A stretch of 63,838 nt of DNA, filler included, from Thraustochytrium aureum (taxonomy: Eukaryota), in assembly GCA_012862495.1 (NCBI GenBank). It is 8 parts of 3 records of this genome, joined end to end, with 100 filler letters (N's around TTAATTAATTAA, not from the genome) between each part and the next. Parts side by side here need not be neighbours in the genome. Positions count along the whole stretch, not along the records: positions 11,360 to 23,498 come from BLSG01000077.1; positions 23,599 to 44,673 come from BLSG01000080.1; 6 more parts are not named here. One strand, written 5' to 3'. The position numbers and the translations under genes were made by a program. The notes beneath the pieces were generated by a model, which was not told the origin of the DNA, did not search any database, and worked only from the letters and a program-made list of their open reading frames with translations. Shown here piece after piece: positions 23,183 through 33,260 of this stretch. Each line of letters opens with the position of its first letter. The stretch's first letter is position 1.

Positions 23183-23498
23183 CGCAGCCTCGGCGCATCC
23201 AGGCTGCGCTGCGCAGCCCAGCCGCCACAAGCTCGACTTGCGCGCCAGCCCATCACCGCCCAACGCCTGCCGCCAGCCCAAGCCGCGCCGCGGCCCGGCA
23301 GAAACCACGCTCCCAGGCGCCCGCCTCCGCCGCGCGCCATCGCCAGCGCGATCATGCTCGCCGCCCGCACTTGCGTCCGCGCCGGAAGTGAGCGCGCTGA
23401 GCAACGCACCAACGCCGTCTGCACTCCCGAGTCAAGTCGAGTCCTCTCGGTGGCGCGCTCGAGGCGAGCACGGCGGCCGGGGCCAAACCGACCAAGCG

Positions 23499-23598
23499 NN
23501 NNNNNNNNNNNNNNNNNNNNNNNNNNNNNNNNNNNNNNNNNNTTAATTAATTAANNNNNNNNNNNNNNNNNNNNNNNNNNNNNNNNNNNNNNNNNNNN
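23499..23598. other. Artificial scaffold-joining spacer
   Basis: 44N-TTAATTAATTAA-44N. Confidence 0.97.
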
Positions 23599-23858
23599 TT
23601 TAACGAGTACCAGGTGCGGGGCCTGGGTCGCCGCTGACGGGGCGAGGTTCCTGCTGCTTCACGAAAAAGGTGCCTGAAGATACAGCCAAGCGAACACGGA
23701 TCGAGGACAACATGAAGAACTTTTTCGAGGAGGTCAACGAGCTGTACACAAAGGTTGCCCTGAACCCCTTTTACGAAGCAGACCAACCGATCGTGTCCCA
23801 AGGCTTTGACCAGCGCGTTCGCGCGGCGGCGGCAAAGTGGGGGCTTGCAGCGCAGTAG
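23599..23858 (+). CDS. TRAPPC2: TRAPP complex subunit 2 (sedlin), 3' part only
   Basis: FNEYQV-AWVAADGARFLLLH then EDNMKNFFEEVNELYTKVALNPFY...SQGFDQRVRAAAAKW. Small indels near the scaffold edge. Confidence 0.82.
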
Positions 23859-24643
23859 GCGCAGCATGCAAGCCCAGCTGGCGCAGCATGCGCGCGTCGG
23901 TCGTAGTCGGCCCGGTCGCCCGCGTCGCGGGCGCTTGCGCTCGCCTCATCACGCAGCGCTTTGCGGTTCGTTGTTAAAGGAGAGTGCAGCGGGTGGTCGT
24001 CGGTGCGCTGCGTGGCCACTTGGCCGCAGCACTCGGGCAGAGCCAACGCGCCCCTGCGACGCGTAGACCTCTCTGCGCGCTTCTCCGTTTCGAATGGGCC
24101 GATGCAGGAGTAAGAGCTTTTGCTAGTTTGCCGTGTGTACCTAAGAGCCGCGCCGCTCGACGGGCGCAGATTTCTGCAAGCAAACGCGCAACGCGCACAG
24201 GCGAGCGCAAAGCGCTGCGCAAGGCGGGGCGGAGGAGGACACGTTTCGACGACGCAAGTAGTGATCCGCTGAATGTGCAGCGGGGCGGTCCGTGACCCAG
24301 GAGGTTGCGGGCCGCCCCATTCAAGGCTTTCTGCACAGCCCGCTTCATGAATGCAGCCAGCCCCCCACCCACCTCGAACCGGTCAAGTAAGCCAAACTGC
24401 TGTTCGCAAAGCGAGGCGGAACATGCAGGAGGGCGTACTCACGGTCCTCGAAGTGAGCGAGACTGGCCACGGCACGTGTCGATGCAAACGAAAGAGCGAA
24501 AGGGTGCGCAGCGCGCTGCCGTCGTGCACCCAGCCCCTTGGGGGCGGTCCGAGCCGCAATGCCAGGCCCCCTCGCGGCAACGCGGGAAGCCGATCGAGGC
24601 AAGCGGCTGGGCGCACGACCAAGGGGCAGCGCGCTTACGAGCC

Positions 24644-25135
24644 TCATCCAACCTTTTTCAGTTCAGTCATGTTAGTCCCTTGCAGCGTCTCACCAAAAAA
24701 CTTGAGGCTCGACAGAGCGGCGACCTCGCCGCCCTCAGACCCGGAGATGAACACGGTCAGAGTGTCGATGCCGTTAAACTTGACGACCCGCAGGGGCACC
24801 ACCTTGTCGCCAGCCACGTCGTCCTTTCCGAGGTCGGCCTCGAACGCCGCTGGCGCGTCCTCGACGTCGCCAAAGTCGACGCTCACCAAGTTGACGAAGA
24901 GCTTGATGCCCGTCGGCATAAACTCGTTGGTTGGCGCCTTCAAGCAAAACCCGGACACCTTGACTTTCTCCGTGAACGCAAAGTGCATGATGAGCTGGTC
25001 GTCGGCGTCGCTGCGCACCTCAAACCTATCGTCGCTCTTGTCGAGGTTTTCCATCGGAAACCGGCTGTCCACGTTGAGCGCAAAGGTGCCATCCTTTCCG
25101 ATGAAGCTCGCAAGGTCGACCTGCGTCTTGGCCAT
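24644..25135 (-). CDS. PITH (proteasome-interacting thioredoxin) domain protein
   Basis: VRSDADDQLIMHFAFTEKVKV, IKLFVN, VPLRVVKFNGIDTLTVFI, C-terminal TNMTELKKVG. Confidence 0.9.
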   Translation of the reverse strand: MAKTQVDLASFIGKDGTFALNVDSRFPMENLDKSDDRFEVRSDADDQLIMHFAFTEKVKVSGFCLKAPTNEFMPTGIKLFVNLVSVDFGDVEDAPAAFEADLGKDDVAGDKVVPLRVVKFNGIDTLTVFISGSEGGEVAALSSLKFFGETLQGTNMTELKKVG

Positions 25136-25346
25136 TCTGCCTCGGATCCCGGCTCTCCCGCACCGGCTCGCCTGCTGGAGCTTGCGCGCCTCTTCCGCGT
25201 CGCCCTTCCTACTAGCCAGAGCTCGGTCGACCAGGTTCCCTTCCCGTGCGCGCGCGAGTGCTCGTTGCGGCTCTGCGCTCGCGCGGCCCTTCGCACTGTT
25301 CTGCAACGGCGACGAGAAGAACGAATTACTACTTGTTCATCGTTGA

Positions 25347-27066
25347 TCAAGAGAGATCGTTCGGATTCGTCGCATTTGCAGACTCGGATGTCAGGGCCTC
25401 TCGCGAGCTGCCGCTCGTGCCGTGCGTGCCGTTCCTCTCACGTTGAGCAGCGGGAGAGACATAGCTCTTCTTGGCCGCGCGGTGGCGATGTCGCGGAGGG
25501 CAACGGGCCACCTCGACCTGGCTCAAGCTTGACACGGCTTTCGCGACGCTGAAAAGCGCAAAGTAGACCACATACTGCACCGCTCCGCCCATGTCGATTT
25601 GCGACAGGCCTTTGGCCGCGAACAGGACTACCATAACTCCAGCTGCCGCCATGGAGGTGCGCACCCAAAATCGAAGTCGCGCTTCGAGCTCGACCATCCT
25701 GGTCTCGCCAGACTTGAGCGCGTTGAATGCTGCAAGCAGGGCAATCATTCTCCGCGTCTGGACCACGAGGAACGAGATCACAAACACCTGCATCACGAGC
25801 ATATAAGCTGGCACCAGTACTGCAAGGACAAAGTAGTTTTGGTCGCTCAAGTTGAGCATGGCTCCAGTCAGGATCAAGTCCGTCCCAAAGATGAAGAACC
25901 CGACCGCGAGCATGGCGCTCCTCTTGCGCCGCTTCGACCCGGCGCGACTCTGCTGAAAGCTAACGGCAGTGTCCATGTACAGAACGGCAATCAGGTCTAT
26001 TGCGCCGGAAAAGGCCGTCAGCTGCGAGGTCCAGCAAACGCAAAACGCTTGCNNNNNNNNNNNNNNNNNNNNNNNNNNNNNNNNNNNNNNNNNNNNNNNN
26101 NNNNNNNNNNNNNNNNNNNNNNNNNNNNNNNNNNNNNNNNNNNNNNNNNNNNNNNNNNNNNNNNNNNNNNNNNNNNNNNNNNNNNNNNNNNNNNNNNNNN
26201 NNNNNNNNNNNNNNNNNNNNNNNNNNNNNNNNNNNNNNNNNNNNNNNNNNNNNNNNNNNNNNNNNNNNNNNNNNNNNNNNNNNNNNNNNNNNNNNNNNNN
26301 NNNNNNNNNNNNNNNNNNNNNNNNNNNNNNNNNNNNNNNNNNNNNNNNNNNNNNNNNNNNNNNNNNNNNNNNNNNNNNNNNNNNNNNNNNNNNNNNNNNN
26401 NNNNNNNNNNNNNNNNNNNNNNNNNNNNNNNNNNNNNNNGAGCTCCAGGGCCGTGTTTTTGTCAATCTTGCTCACGCGCAAAATCACGGGGGCTTGGGAT
26501 GAGCCTTGTGTAGCGCCATGACGTGCCAGGACATCTAGATTCTCTTCAGACAGAAAAGCTTCAAGTATTACGCAGTTGTCTCTCGCCTCCCTGTCACCGT
26601 CGAAAGCGTCGAGCATCTCGGTTCCGTCATGGTTGTTCGCTGCAAGCCCTGGAGCGCCGTTGTCGTCCATGAAGTTGAGCACTGCAACACCGGTTGCGCA
26701 CCACGGCCTCCAATTTTTCAGGTTGATATACGTGCCGAGCTCGCCGCCACAAGACAGGTTGCTCCGTGGCATGTATTCAAACAGTATCTTGTTTTCCAAG
26801 CGCCTCCTTGCCTCAGCCTGGTTGCCCTGCAGAAGCAGCTCGCAGAGCGAGTCGACCATCTCCGGGGTGCCAAACACCACCTCAAAGTCCCTGGGTGCCT
26901 CAAAGGCCTGGCCGACGTGCCTGTATCTGTGCACGAGCGGGCTCAGCACGAGGTCCGGGACGCTTGGGCTGGGAAACGACACCACGCCTTCCCCTGCGCC
27001 GGAACCGAGCTGCTGCAAGGCGGCCACCAGGGGCAACAGGGCTCGGCGCAGGGCCCGGCTTGCCAT
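25347..27066 (-). CDS. Orphan multipass membrane protein, paralogue A (signal peptide, ectodomain, several TM helices); gap 26053-26439
   Basis: Signal peptide MASRALRRALLPLVAALQQLGSGAG. At least 5 visible TM helices after the gap. Clear homology to 27543..29207. Confidence 0.8.
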
Positions 27067-27542
27067 CTCGCGTCGGCGCGTTCAGAATGCTGGCTCGTTG
27101 ATCGACCTGTGCTCTTGGCGATCTGGCAGGGCGTTTTCATTATGACACGAGAGATCCGGTAAGAGTGCAATTCAACATTCGACAGCAACCGCCAACAACG
27201 CACGCGGTGGGCGCCTCTCTGAAAGGGCACACAGGACGACACAAGCGGCTTTGTGCCGTCCAAGCAGGTGGGGGATGTCGCCCTGCTTGCTGAAGCGGTC
27301 ACGGTAGGTGTGTTGAATTGATTGGCTTAAAACGTTGCGACTCAGCACAGACGCAGGACTTTAGCCCAGCCCGAAGCTCGCCCGCGGCGCACGAGATCTT
27401 GCAGAGTCCAACGGAATTATAGTAAGTAGGAAAAAAAAAAGAGTCGGCGAGGCGGGTGAGAGCAAGTTGAGCGAGTCGATTGAGCGTGCGTTTGTTTCCC
27501 TTTTGATCAAGATAATCCATGTGGTTGGTGGTGCTACTCCGC

Positions 27543-29207
27543 TTATTCTAAGGTGCTGAGCTCGCTCGGCCCGGCGGACACAGCGATCGAAGCCTCAGTC
27601 TCGAGATTGGTGTTCTTCGCTGACACGACAGCCGCGGATCCCTTAGCAGTACTAGCGTTGTTTCGCTGTCGGGGCCGAAGTGGAGCAACTGCACTCTTCG
27701 GTGTCGTGCCGTGTGAATTGTGGGACGCCCGCGGAGGGCAGCGAGCCACTTCGACCTGGCTCAAGCTCGACGCGGCCTTTGCTGCGCTGAATAGAGCAAA
27801 AAAAACGACGTAGAGGACCCTCCCCTTCATGTCGATCTGTGACGTGCCTTTGGCCGCAAACAAGAGGACCATGACAGCAGCTGCTCCCATGGACGTCCGC
27901 ACCCAGTACCGAAGGCGCGCTTCGAGCTCGACCATTCTCGTTTCGCCAGACATGAGGTCGTTGAATGTGGCCAAAAGGGCCACCATCTTTCGCGTCTGAA
28001 CGACAAGAAACACCACGACGAAGATCTGCATCACGAGCATGTACGCTGGGACCAGCCCAGCAAGGAGAAAGTAGTTTTGGTCGCTCAAGCTGAGCATGGC
28101 TCCAGTCAGGATCAAGTCCGTCCCAAAGATGATGAAACCGACCGCGAGCATGGCCTTCCTCTTGTGCCGTACAGCTTTGCCACTCTGAACGTGGAAGCGC
28201 GAGGCAGTGTCCATGTACAGAACGGCAATCAAGTCTATTGCGCCGGAAAAGGCCGTCAGCTGCGAGGTCCAGCAAACGCAAAACGCTTGANNNNNNNNNN
28301 NNNNNNNNNNNNNNNNNNNNNNNNNNNNNNNNNNNNNNNNNNNNNNNNNNNNNNNNNNNNNNNNNNNNNNNNNNNNNNNNNNNNNNNNNNNNNNNNNNNN
28401 NNNNNNNNNNNNNNNNNNNNNNNNNNNNNNNNNNNNNNNNNNNNNNNNNNNNNNNNNNNNNNNNNNNNNNNNNNNNNNNNNNNNNNNNNNNNNNNNNNNN
28501 NNNNNNNNNNNNNNNNNNNNNNNNNNNNNNNNNNNNNNNNNNNNNNNNNNNNNNNNNNNNNNNNNNNNNNNNNNNNNNNNNNNNNNNNNCAGCTCCAGGG
28601 ACTTGTTCTCGTCGACCTTGTTCACACGAAAAATGGCTGGAGCTTGCCCCGACGTGGCAGCGCGCGCAAGGGCTTGGAATTGTTCAGCAGGAAAGTAAGT
28701 CTCCAGCAATACGCAGCTGTCTCTCGCCTCCTTGTCGCCGTCAAAGGCGGCGATCATTCCTGTTCCATCATGGTTGTTTGCGGCTATCCCTGGCTCCGTT
28801 TTGCTTGTCCAAACGCGAATAATTGCAACACCGGTTGCGCACCACGGCTTCCATTGTCGCAGGTTGATGTACGTGCCGAGCTTGCCGCCACAGGAGAACG
28901 TGCTGTTGAACGTGTCGACGAGGAGGGCCTTGTTGCCAAGCCTGCGGGCCGCTTCGGCGGTGTTGCCATCCAGAAGCAGAGCGCAAGTTGAATCCATCAA
29001 CTTGCGAGTGCCAATAACGACCTCGTATTCTTTGGGAGCTATAAATCCATGGCCGATGTGTCTGTACTTGTGCACGAGCGGGCTCAGCACGACTTGCGGC
29101 TCGTCGGTGCTGGGAAAAGTGAGGACGCCCTCCCCGGCTCCGCCGCCGAGCTGCTGCAAGGCGACGGCCAGGAGCAGTAAGGCATGCCGCGAGCACCGCT
29201 TTCCCAT
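27543..29207 (-). CDS. Orphan multipass membrane protein, paralogue B; gap 28291-28589
   Basis: Shares VLSPLVH.YRH.G, SCGG.LGTYINL..W.PWCATGVA, PG.AANNHDGT and QAFCVCWTSQLTAFSGAIDLIAVLYMDTA with paralogue A. Confidence 0.8.
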   Translation of the reverse strand: MGKRCSRHALLLLAVALQQLGGGAGEGVLTFPSTDEPQVVLSPLVHKYRHIGHGFIAPKEYEVVIGTRKLMDSTCALLLDGNTAEAARRLGNKALLVDTFNSTFSCGGKLGTYINLRQWKPWCATGVAIIRVWTSKTEPGIAANNHDGTGMIAAFDGDKEARDSCVLLETYFPAEQFQALARAATSGQAPAIFRVNKVDENKSLELXXXXXXXXXXXXXXXXXXXXXXXXXXXXXXXXXXXXXXXXXXXXXXXXXXXXXXXXXXXXXXXXXXXXXXXXXXXXXXXXXXXXXXXXXXXXXXXXXXXXQAFCVCWTSQLTAFSGAIDLIAVLYMDTASRFHVQSGKAVRHKRKAMLAVGFIIFGTDLILTGAMLSLSDQNYFLLAGLVPAYMLVMQIFVVVFLVVQTRKMVALLATFNDLMSGETRMVELEARLRYWVRTSMGAAAVMVLLFAAKGTSQIDMKGRVLYVVFFALFSAAKAASSLSQVEVARCPPRASHNSHGTTPKSAVAPLRPRQRNNASTAKGSAAVVSAKNTNLETEASIAVSAGPSELSTLE

Positions 29208-30231
29208 TCTGTCGCGCGTGCCCTGCTGCTTCGCGCCCGCGGCGCGACTAAGGCTCTGTTCGGCTCCGGTTTACATCGTCGACAAGACCATGGCGAAGGG
29301 AAATGTATCCGTTTTTTTAGGTGACTCTGACCAACAGGTAGGTGCAGGTTGTCAGCCAACACGCCACCTCAATCTGGCCCCAGCGCCATCTCGTGATCAA
29401 CTGGCGTATCCCCTTGGCGGCCGGCATACGGCAGTGAAGTTGAGTTGCACTACAGGAAGGAGCGGAGCTCGCTTAAAAAAATTGGGTACGTATTTCTTAT
29501 CGAGCTCCATCACCGCTGCAGTGCAAAAGGGCAAGAAAAGAGCGGTTGTGGAAGATAGTTCACCGGCTCAAACGCGTCTGCCGCGCCGGCAGCAGGCCAT
29601 GAACTTGGCGTTTCTTTCTCAACACGTAAAGCAAGGCGCCAGAGTTTTTCTCAGTGGTGTTGATGCCCTATGCTTTCCCTTGTGGCTGCCGCAGCAGCCA
29701 ACCGACGCTCCTCTCGGGTTGACTTTGTCCGGCTCTTTCGAGCATGCGGAGGTGGTTGAGCGCCGCGCGCGGCGTGGAAATTCGGTTGAGGACCTTTCCC
29801 ACCACATAGGCGCATGGAGCCGACCGAGCGAGAGTGCCGCATTCCTCGATCAACAGGTGAGGCAAGCACTGTCCATCAATGAGGACATAGCTTGTCACCG
29901 GATGGTGCAGGGGACCTGGCTGCCCCGAGGTGTGCTTCAACCGCAGGCTCGTCAAGGACAAGTTCGGCAGCGACATCCTGTTTGCCGCCATCCAGGAAAC
30001 GGACGGTCTGTGTTGTGGACTTTAACTCGCCGGAGCCCACAACGCGGCCGCCAAGTACGGTGCTGCGGGTGGCGGAACAACTGCTGCCGCGGAAAAGCGG
30101 GACCCTCCAGTGCGGGTAGTGGGAATTGCGACCTCGTTTGTGCTGCTTATACCGGTCCGCTTCGTGGTCTGTGGCTCCTAACTCGTGTCGGCCCAGGGCC
30201 ACGACTCGGGCTCGAGGCACGGGGAGCTTGA

Positions 30232-30716
30232 CTACTTGCGGCGATTTTTCTGGGCATTACGCACGCGGGCGTGGATGTTGGACTGATCGCGCTCCTCAAG
30301 TTGTTTGAGCTGGACGTCAGAAAGCGCCGCGGTTGCGGTGGTCGCTTTGCCGACCCAGCTAACAGGGTCCTTGTTGTAGAACGGCCAATCTGGCACGCAG
30401 GCAACCAGCGCGACAAACAGGCTTGCGACCCAACCTCGGAACGTCACGTCAAAGTTGTCGGCCGCGTAGCCGGCGCCGAAGGCCAGGAGCTGTTTTCATG
30501 AAAGAGTTCAGGGGGCGGACGACTTTTGCCGTCAGCGCGGCAGTCGTCGAGCAGCGGCAGCTTCCCCTCCTCGCAACTTACTGCCAGAACTGAAAAGATG
30601 ATCTGATACACGTACTCGTTGACTACCTGGCCGCGGTAGTCCTGCGCCGCGGCAAGCTCTCCCGTTAGCGATGGCCTGCCGCGAAGCAACCCTTGCCTCA
30701 CCAACAAACTTGCCAT
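30232..30716 (-). CDS. SPCS1: Signal peptidase complex subunit 1 (SPC12), three exons; introns 30642-30701 (or -30713) and 30490-30581
   Basis: Spliced product ...DYRGQVVNEYVYQIIFSVLA|LLAFGAGYAADNFDVTFRGW...VPDWPFYNKDPVSW. Donors gtgagg/gcaagt and gtaagt, branch sites gctaac/gctgac, acceptors cag. Confidence 0.87.
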
Positions 30717-30937
30717 TTCTCCGCAACGAGACGGCTGCAAGAAGCCGCACGCACAGAGCCACACAAAAGCGAGACAAGCGCTCGCTGCGCACAGGAGTCG
30801 CGCGCTTGGGGCCCGTCAAGTGCGCGGCGCGTCTGCGGGCCTCGCGTAGAACACAGCTGGGCAGGGGGGCGAAAGTGCTATCGACAGAGAACAACGGCAG
30901 GTTCCGTGATTGATGAGCTTTTTCTTTGTTTTTCAAT

Positions 30938-31028
30938 TGAACCCGAACGTGTTGAGGCACTTACTCTAGGGTACCATCTCTGCTCGCGTTTGAACCCGAA
31001 GGTGCTGAGGTACCACCTCTACTCGCGT
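30938..31028. repeat. Imperfect ~40-50 bp tandem duplication
   Basis: tgaacccgaa.gtg.tgagg ... ggtacca.ctct.ctcgcgt occurs twice (30938 and 30991). Confidence 0.65.
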
Positions 31029-31054
31029 GTCTGCGTGGACGTCAATGCAGCACG

Positions 31055-32272
31055 TCAATGCACGACGAGGTTGTCGTCCTTCGAGTAGTACGAGAAAAAG
31101 ACGTCCTTGATCGAGCCCTCCGACTTGAAGAGCACGCCGTTGAGAACCTCGAGCAACATGTTGCCGTTGAGCAAACTACCCGCGAGAAGCAAGCTGTTGA
31201 CCTTCCAGCTGGAGAGGACGTCCACGACCGCAAAGTCGACCCCAATGGTGACATCATCCAGGTTTTGCACGGCGTGCCACCAGAAAGAAGGGAAGAAGAG
31301 CACGTCCCCGGGCTCCAGCACAACCTCATACCCCGTGAGTGCGCCGTGCAGGAAGTGCGTCTCGAGGTCCGGGTTGAATATGTCCAGATCCGCGTTGTAA
31401 GCGACGTTGTAGCGATGGCCATTGGGGTAGAGCAGCGCGGACTCGGATGGCGGAAAGAACACCCAGCGCTTGCGGCCCTCCACCTGGAAGAACGCGCTGA
31501 CGCCAAAGTCGCTGTGAAGCCGGCTGTTGACGTGCGTACCGCCGATAAAGACGCAGTGTGTGTCGCGGCCCTCGACGGCCACGGAGGCTTTGTGCTCGAA
31601 TGACTTGCCAGTCAAGTTGGCCACGAATGCCGTGTTGATGCCGGGCGCTAGTCGGCCGTCAAAGTCGCTGACGCAGCGCGCGTAGCGCTGCTTGGAGGCG
31701 TCCCGCATCTCCTCCACAAACTGGTCGAAGGGCTGGTACACGACGCTCTTGTCGACCGTGCAGTCCGTGAAAACGGGGATCGTGCGGTCCTTGAAGACGT
31801 GGTCGCGCATGTAGTCGAGGTTCCAGTCCTTGACGCCCGGAAAGTGCTCGGATTCTACGTGGGAGAGCTTGCGGACGACGATCGGGGACGCGGGCGCCCA
31901 GGGTTGCCGGTATTGGCGCTCAAAGTCGGCGCGCCAGCCTGCCTTGCGCGCGTCTAGCTCGGGCAGCGGCGCGAGCTCGGGCTCGCGCTTGAACGACTCT
32001 ACGGTCGCGTTGCCGGGGAGAAGCTTGGCATACTTTTGCTGCAGCCACTCTTTGTCAAAGGTGTCACGCCACCCAGTCACGTGCTGCAGGGCCTGCCAGT
32101 AGTAGCTCGCGCGCGCGTCCAGGCGCTCGCCTGCGGTGCCGCCCGTAAACTTGCGCGGGAGCGGCAGGGCTGCTTGCTGAGCCACGAACGCCAGTGCGAC
32201 GACGGCCCCGGCGGTGGCTACCTTGCGCCAGGTCGCCGACCCGCCTTTGCTTCCCTCGGCGGCGTCCTTCAT
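31055..32272 (-). CDS. JmjC / cupin-8 2-oxoglutarate oxygenase with N-terminal signal anchor
   Basis: RLHSDFG (HxD), FQVEGRKRWVFFPP, LEPGDVLFFPSFWWHAVQNL. Hydrophobic N-terminal VATAGAVVALAFVA. Confidence 0.88.
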   Translation of the reverse strand: MKDAAEGSKGGSATWRKVATAGAVVALAFVAQQAALPLPRKFTGGTAGERLDARASYYWQALQHVTGWRDTFDKEWLQQKYAKLLPGNATVESFKREPELAPLPELDARKAGWRADFERQYRQPWAPASPIVVRKLSHVESEHFPGVKDWNLDYMRDHVFKDRTIPVFTDCTVDKSVVYQPFDQFVEEMRDASKQRYARCVSDFDGRLAPGINTAFVANLTGKSFEHKASVAVEGRDTHCVFIGGTHVNSRLHSDFGVSAFFQVEGRKRWVFFPPSESALLYPNGHRYNVAYNADLDIFNPDLETHFLHGALTGYEVVLEPGDVLFFPSFWWHAVQNLDDVTIGVDFAVVDVLSSWKVNSLLLAGSLLNGNMLLEVLNGVLFKSEGSIKDVFFSYYSKDDNLVVH

Positions 32273-33260
32273 CCTGCTCGCCAGTTCGCTCCGCTCGATC
32301 TCTTCCTTCGCCAGCCAACGGGCGGCGGCCGACCTTGCCCAGCCCGCGCTTGCGGCGTTGCGTTCTCCGGCACTGCGGCTGGACCCCCGTTCAACGTCGC
32401 GTCGCCCTGCCCGGAGCGCCCCGTTGCAGGTCTGCCGAGCTCGCGGGTTGGCCTGGCTTGGCCCGAGCGTCCAAAGTCTCCAAACCCTTGCCTGCAGGCT
32501 GATCTGAATGTCATCCAATTCATCATTCATTTTCATTCATTCATTTTCATAATTCTGTTCTTTCTTGAAATCAGCGAGAAAGACGGACAATGAAAAATGC
32601 GGGGAACCCGCTCTGAGGCGTTCTGCATGCGGTTTCTCAGGTGGCCGTGAAGGGAACAAACAAAAATAGATGCTGCGGCTGTGATCAGAGATGATTGTGA
32701 GCTCGGTGACGCGCAGAAACCGTCAACCGTTTGCTTGTTGCCGAGGATGCAGGTGCAGCCTCAGGCTTGAGCTTGCTGCGTGGCACAGCTCAGCTCACCT
32801 TCCGCATGGGCAGTGCCGAACTCGATGGAGAGGCGTCCTCGGCATCACAACTGTGCACCTTCTGACGAAAACTGAACCCACGCACTCCCGGGGCCACGCG
32901 GGGAACGTCCGATGCGTAGCGCCCTGCCCTGCTCGGCAAAGGAGGATCCGACTTCTCGGGCCTCGACTTTGCCCAGCGCGCAGATCTTAATAANNNNNNN
33001 NNNNNNNNNNNNNNNNNNNNNNNNNNNNNNNNNNNNNNNNNNNNNNNNNNNNNNNNNNNNNNNNNNNNNNNNNNNNNNNNNCTTAATAAGGCGACCCCCG
33101 CTCGGGGAATCGCGGGCGGGTCCAACCCTCACCGAGCCAGCTTGCTCGCTCCCCGAGAACCGCGGCGCAACAGGTGCTCTTGGAGCGTCCAACGACAAGA
33201 TCGACAAGCGCGTTTGTCGCGTCGAGCCCGAGAAGTACGCACCACCACACCGCCGATGTA

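Noticed and set aside
29290..30231. Plus-strand open frame with possible splice donors between paralogue B and SPCS1
   Set aside because: I could not build a coherent gene model or recognise a domain, so it is left uncalled.
32985..33090. CTTAATAA on both sides of the gap, read as a target-site duplication
   Set aside because: More simply an unmerged contig overlap. No element sequence is visible.
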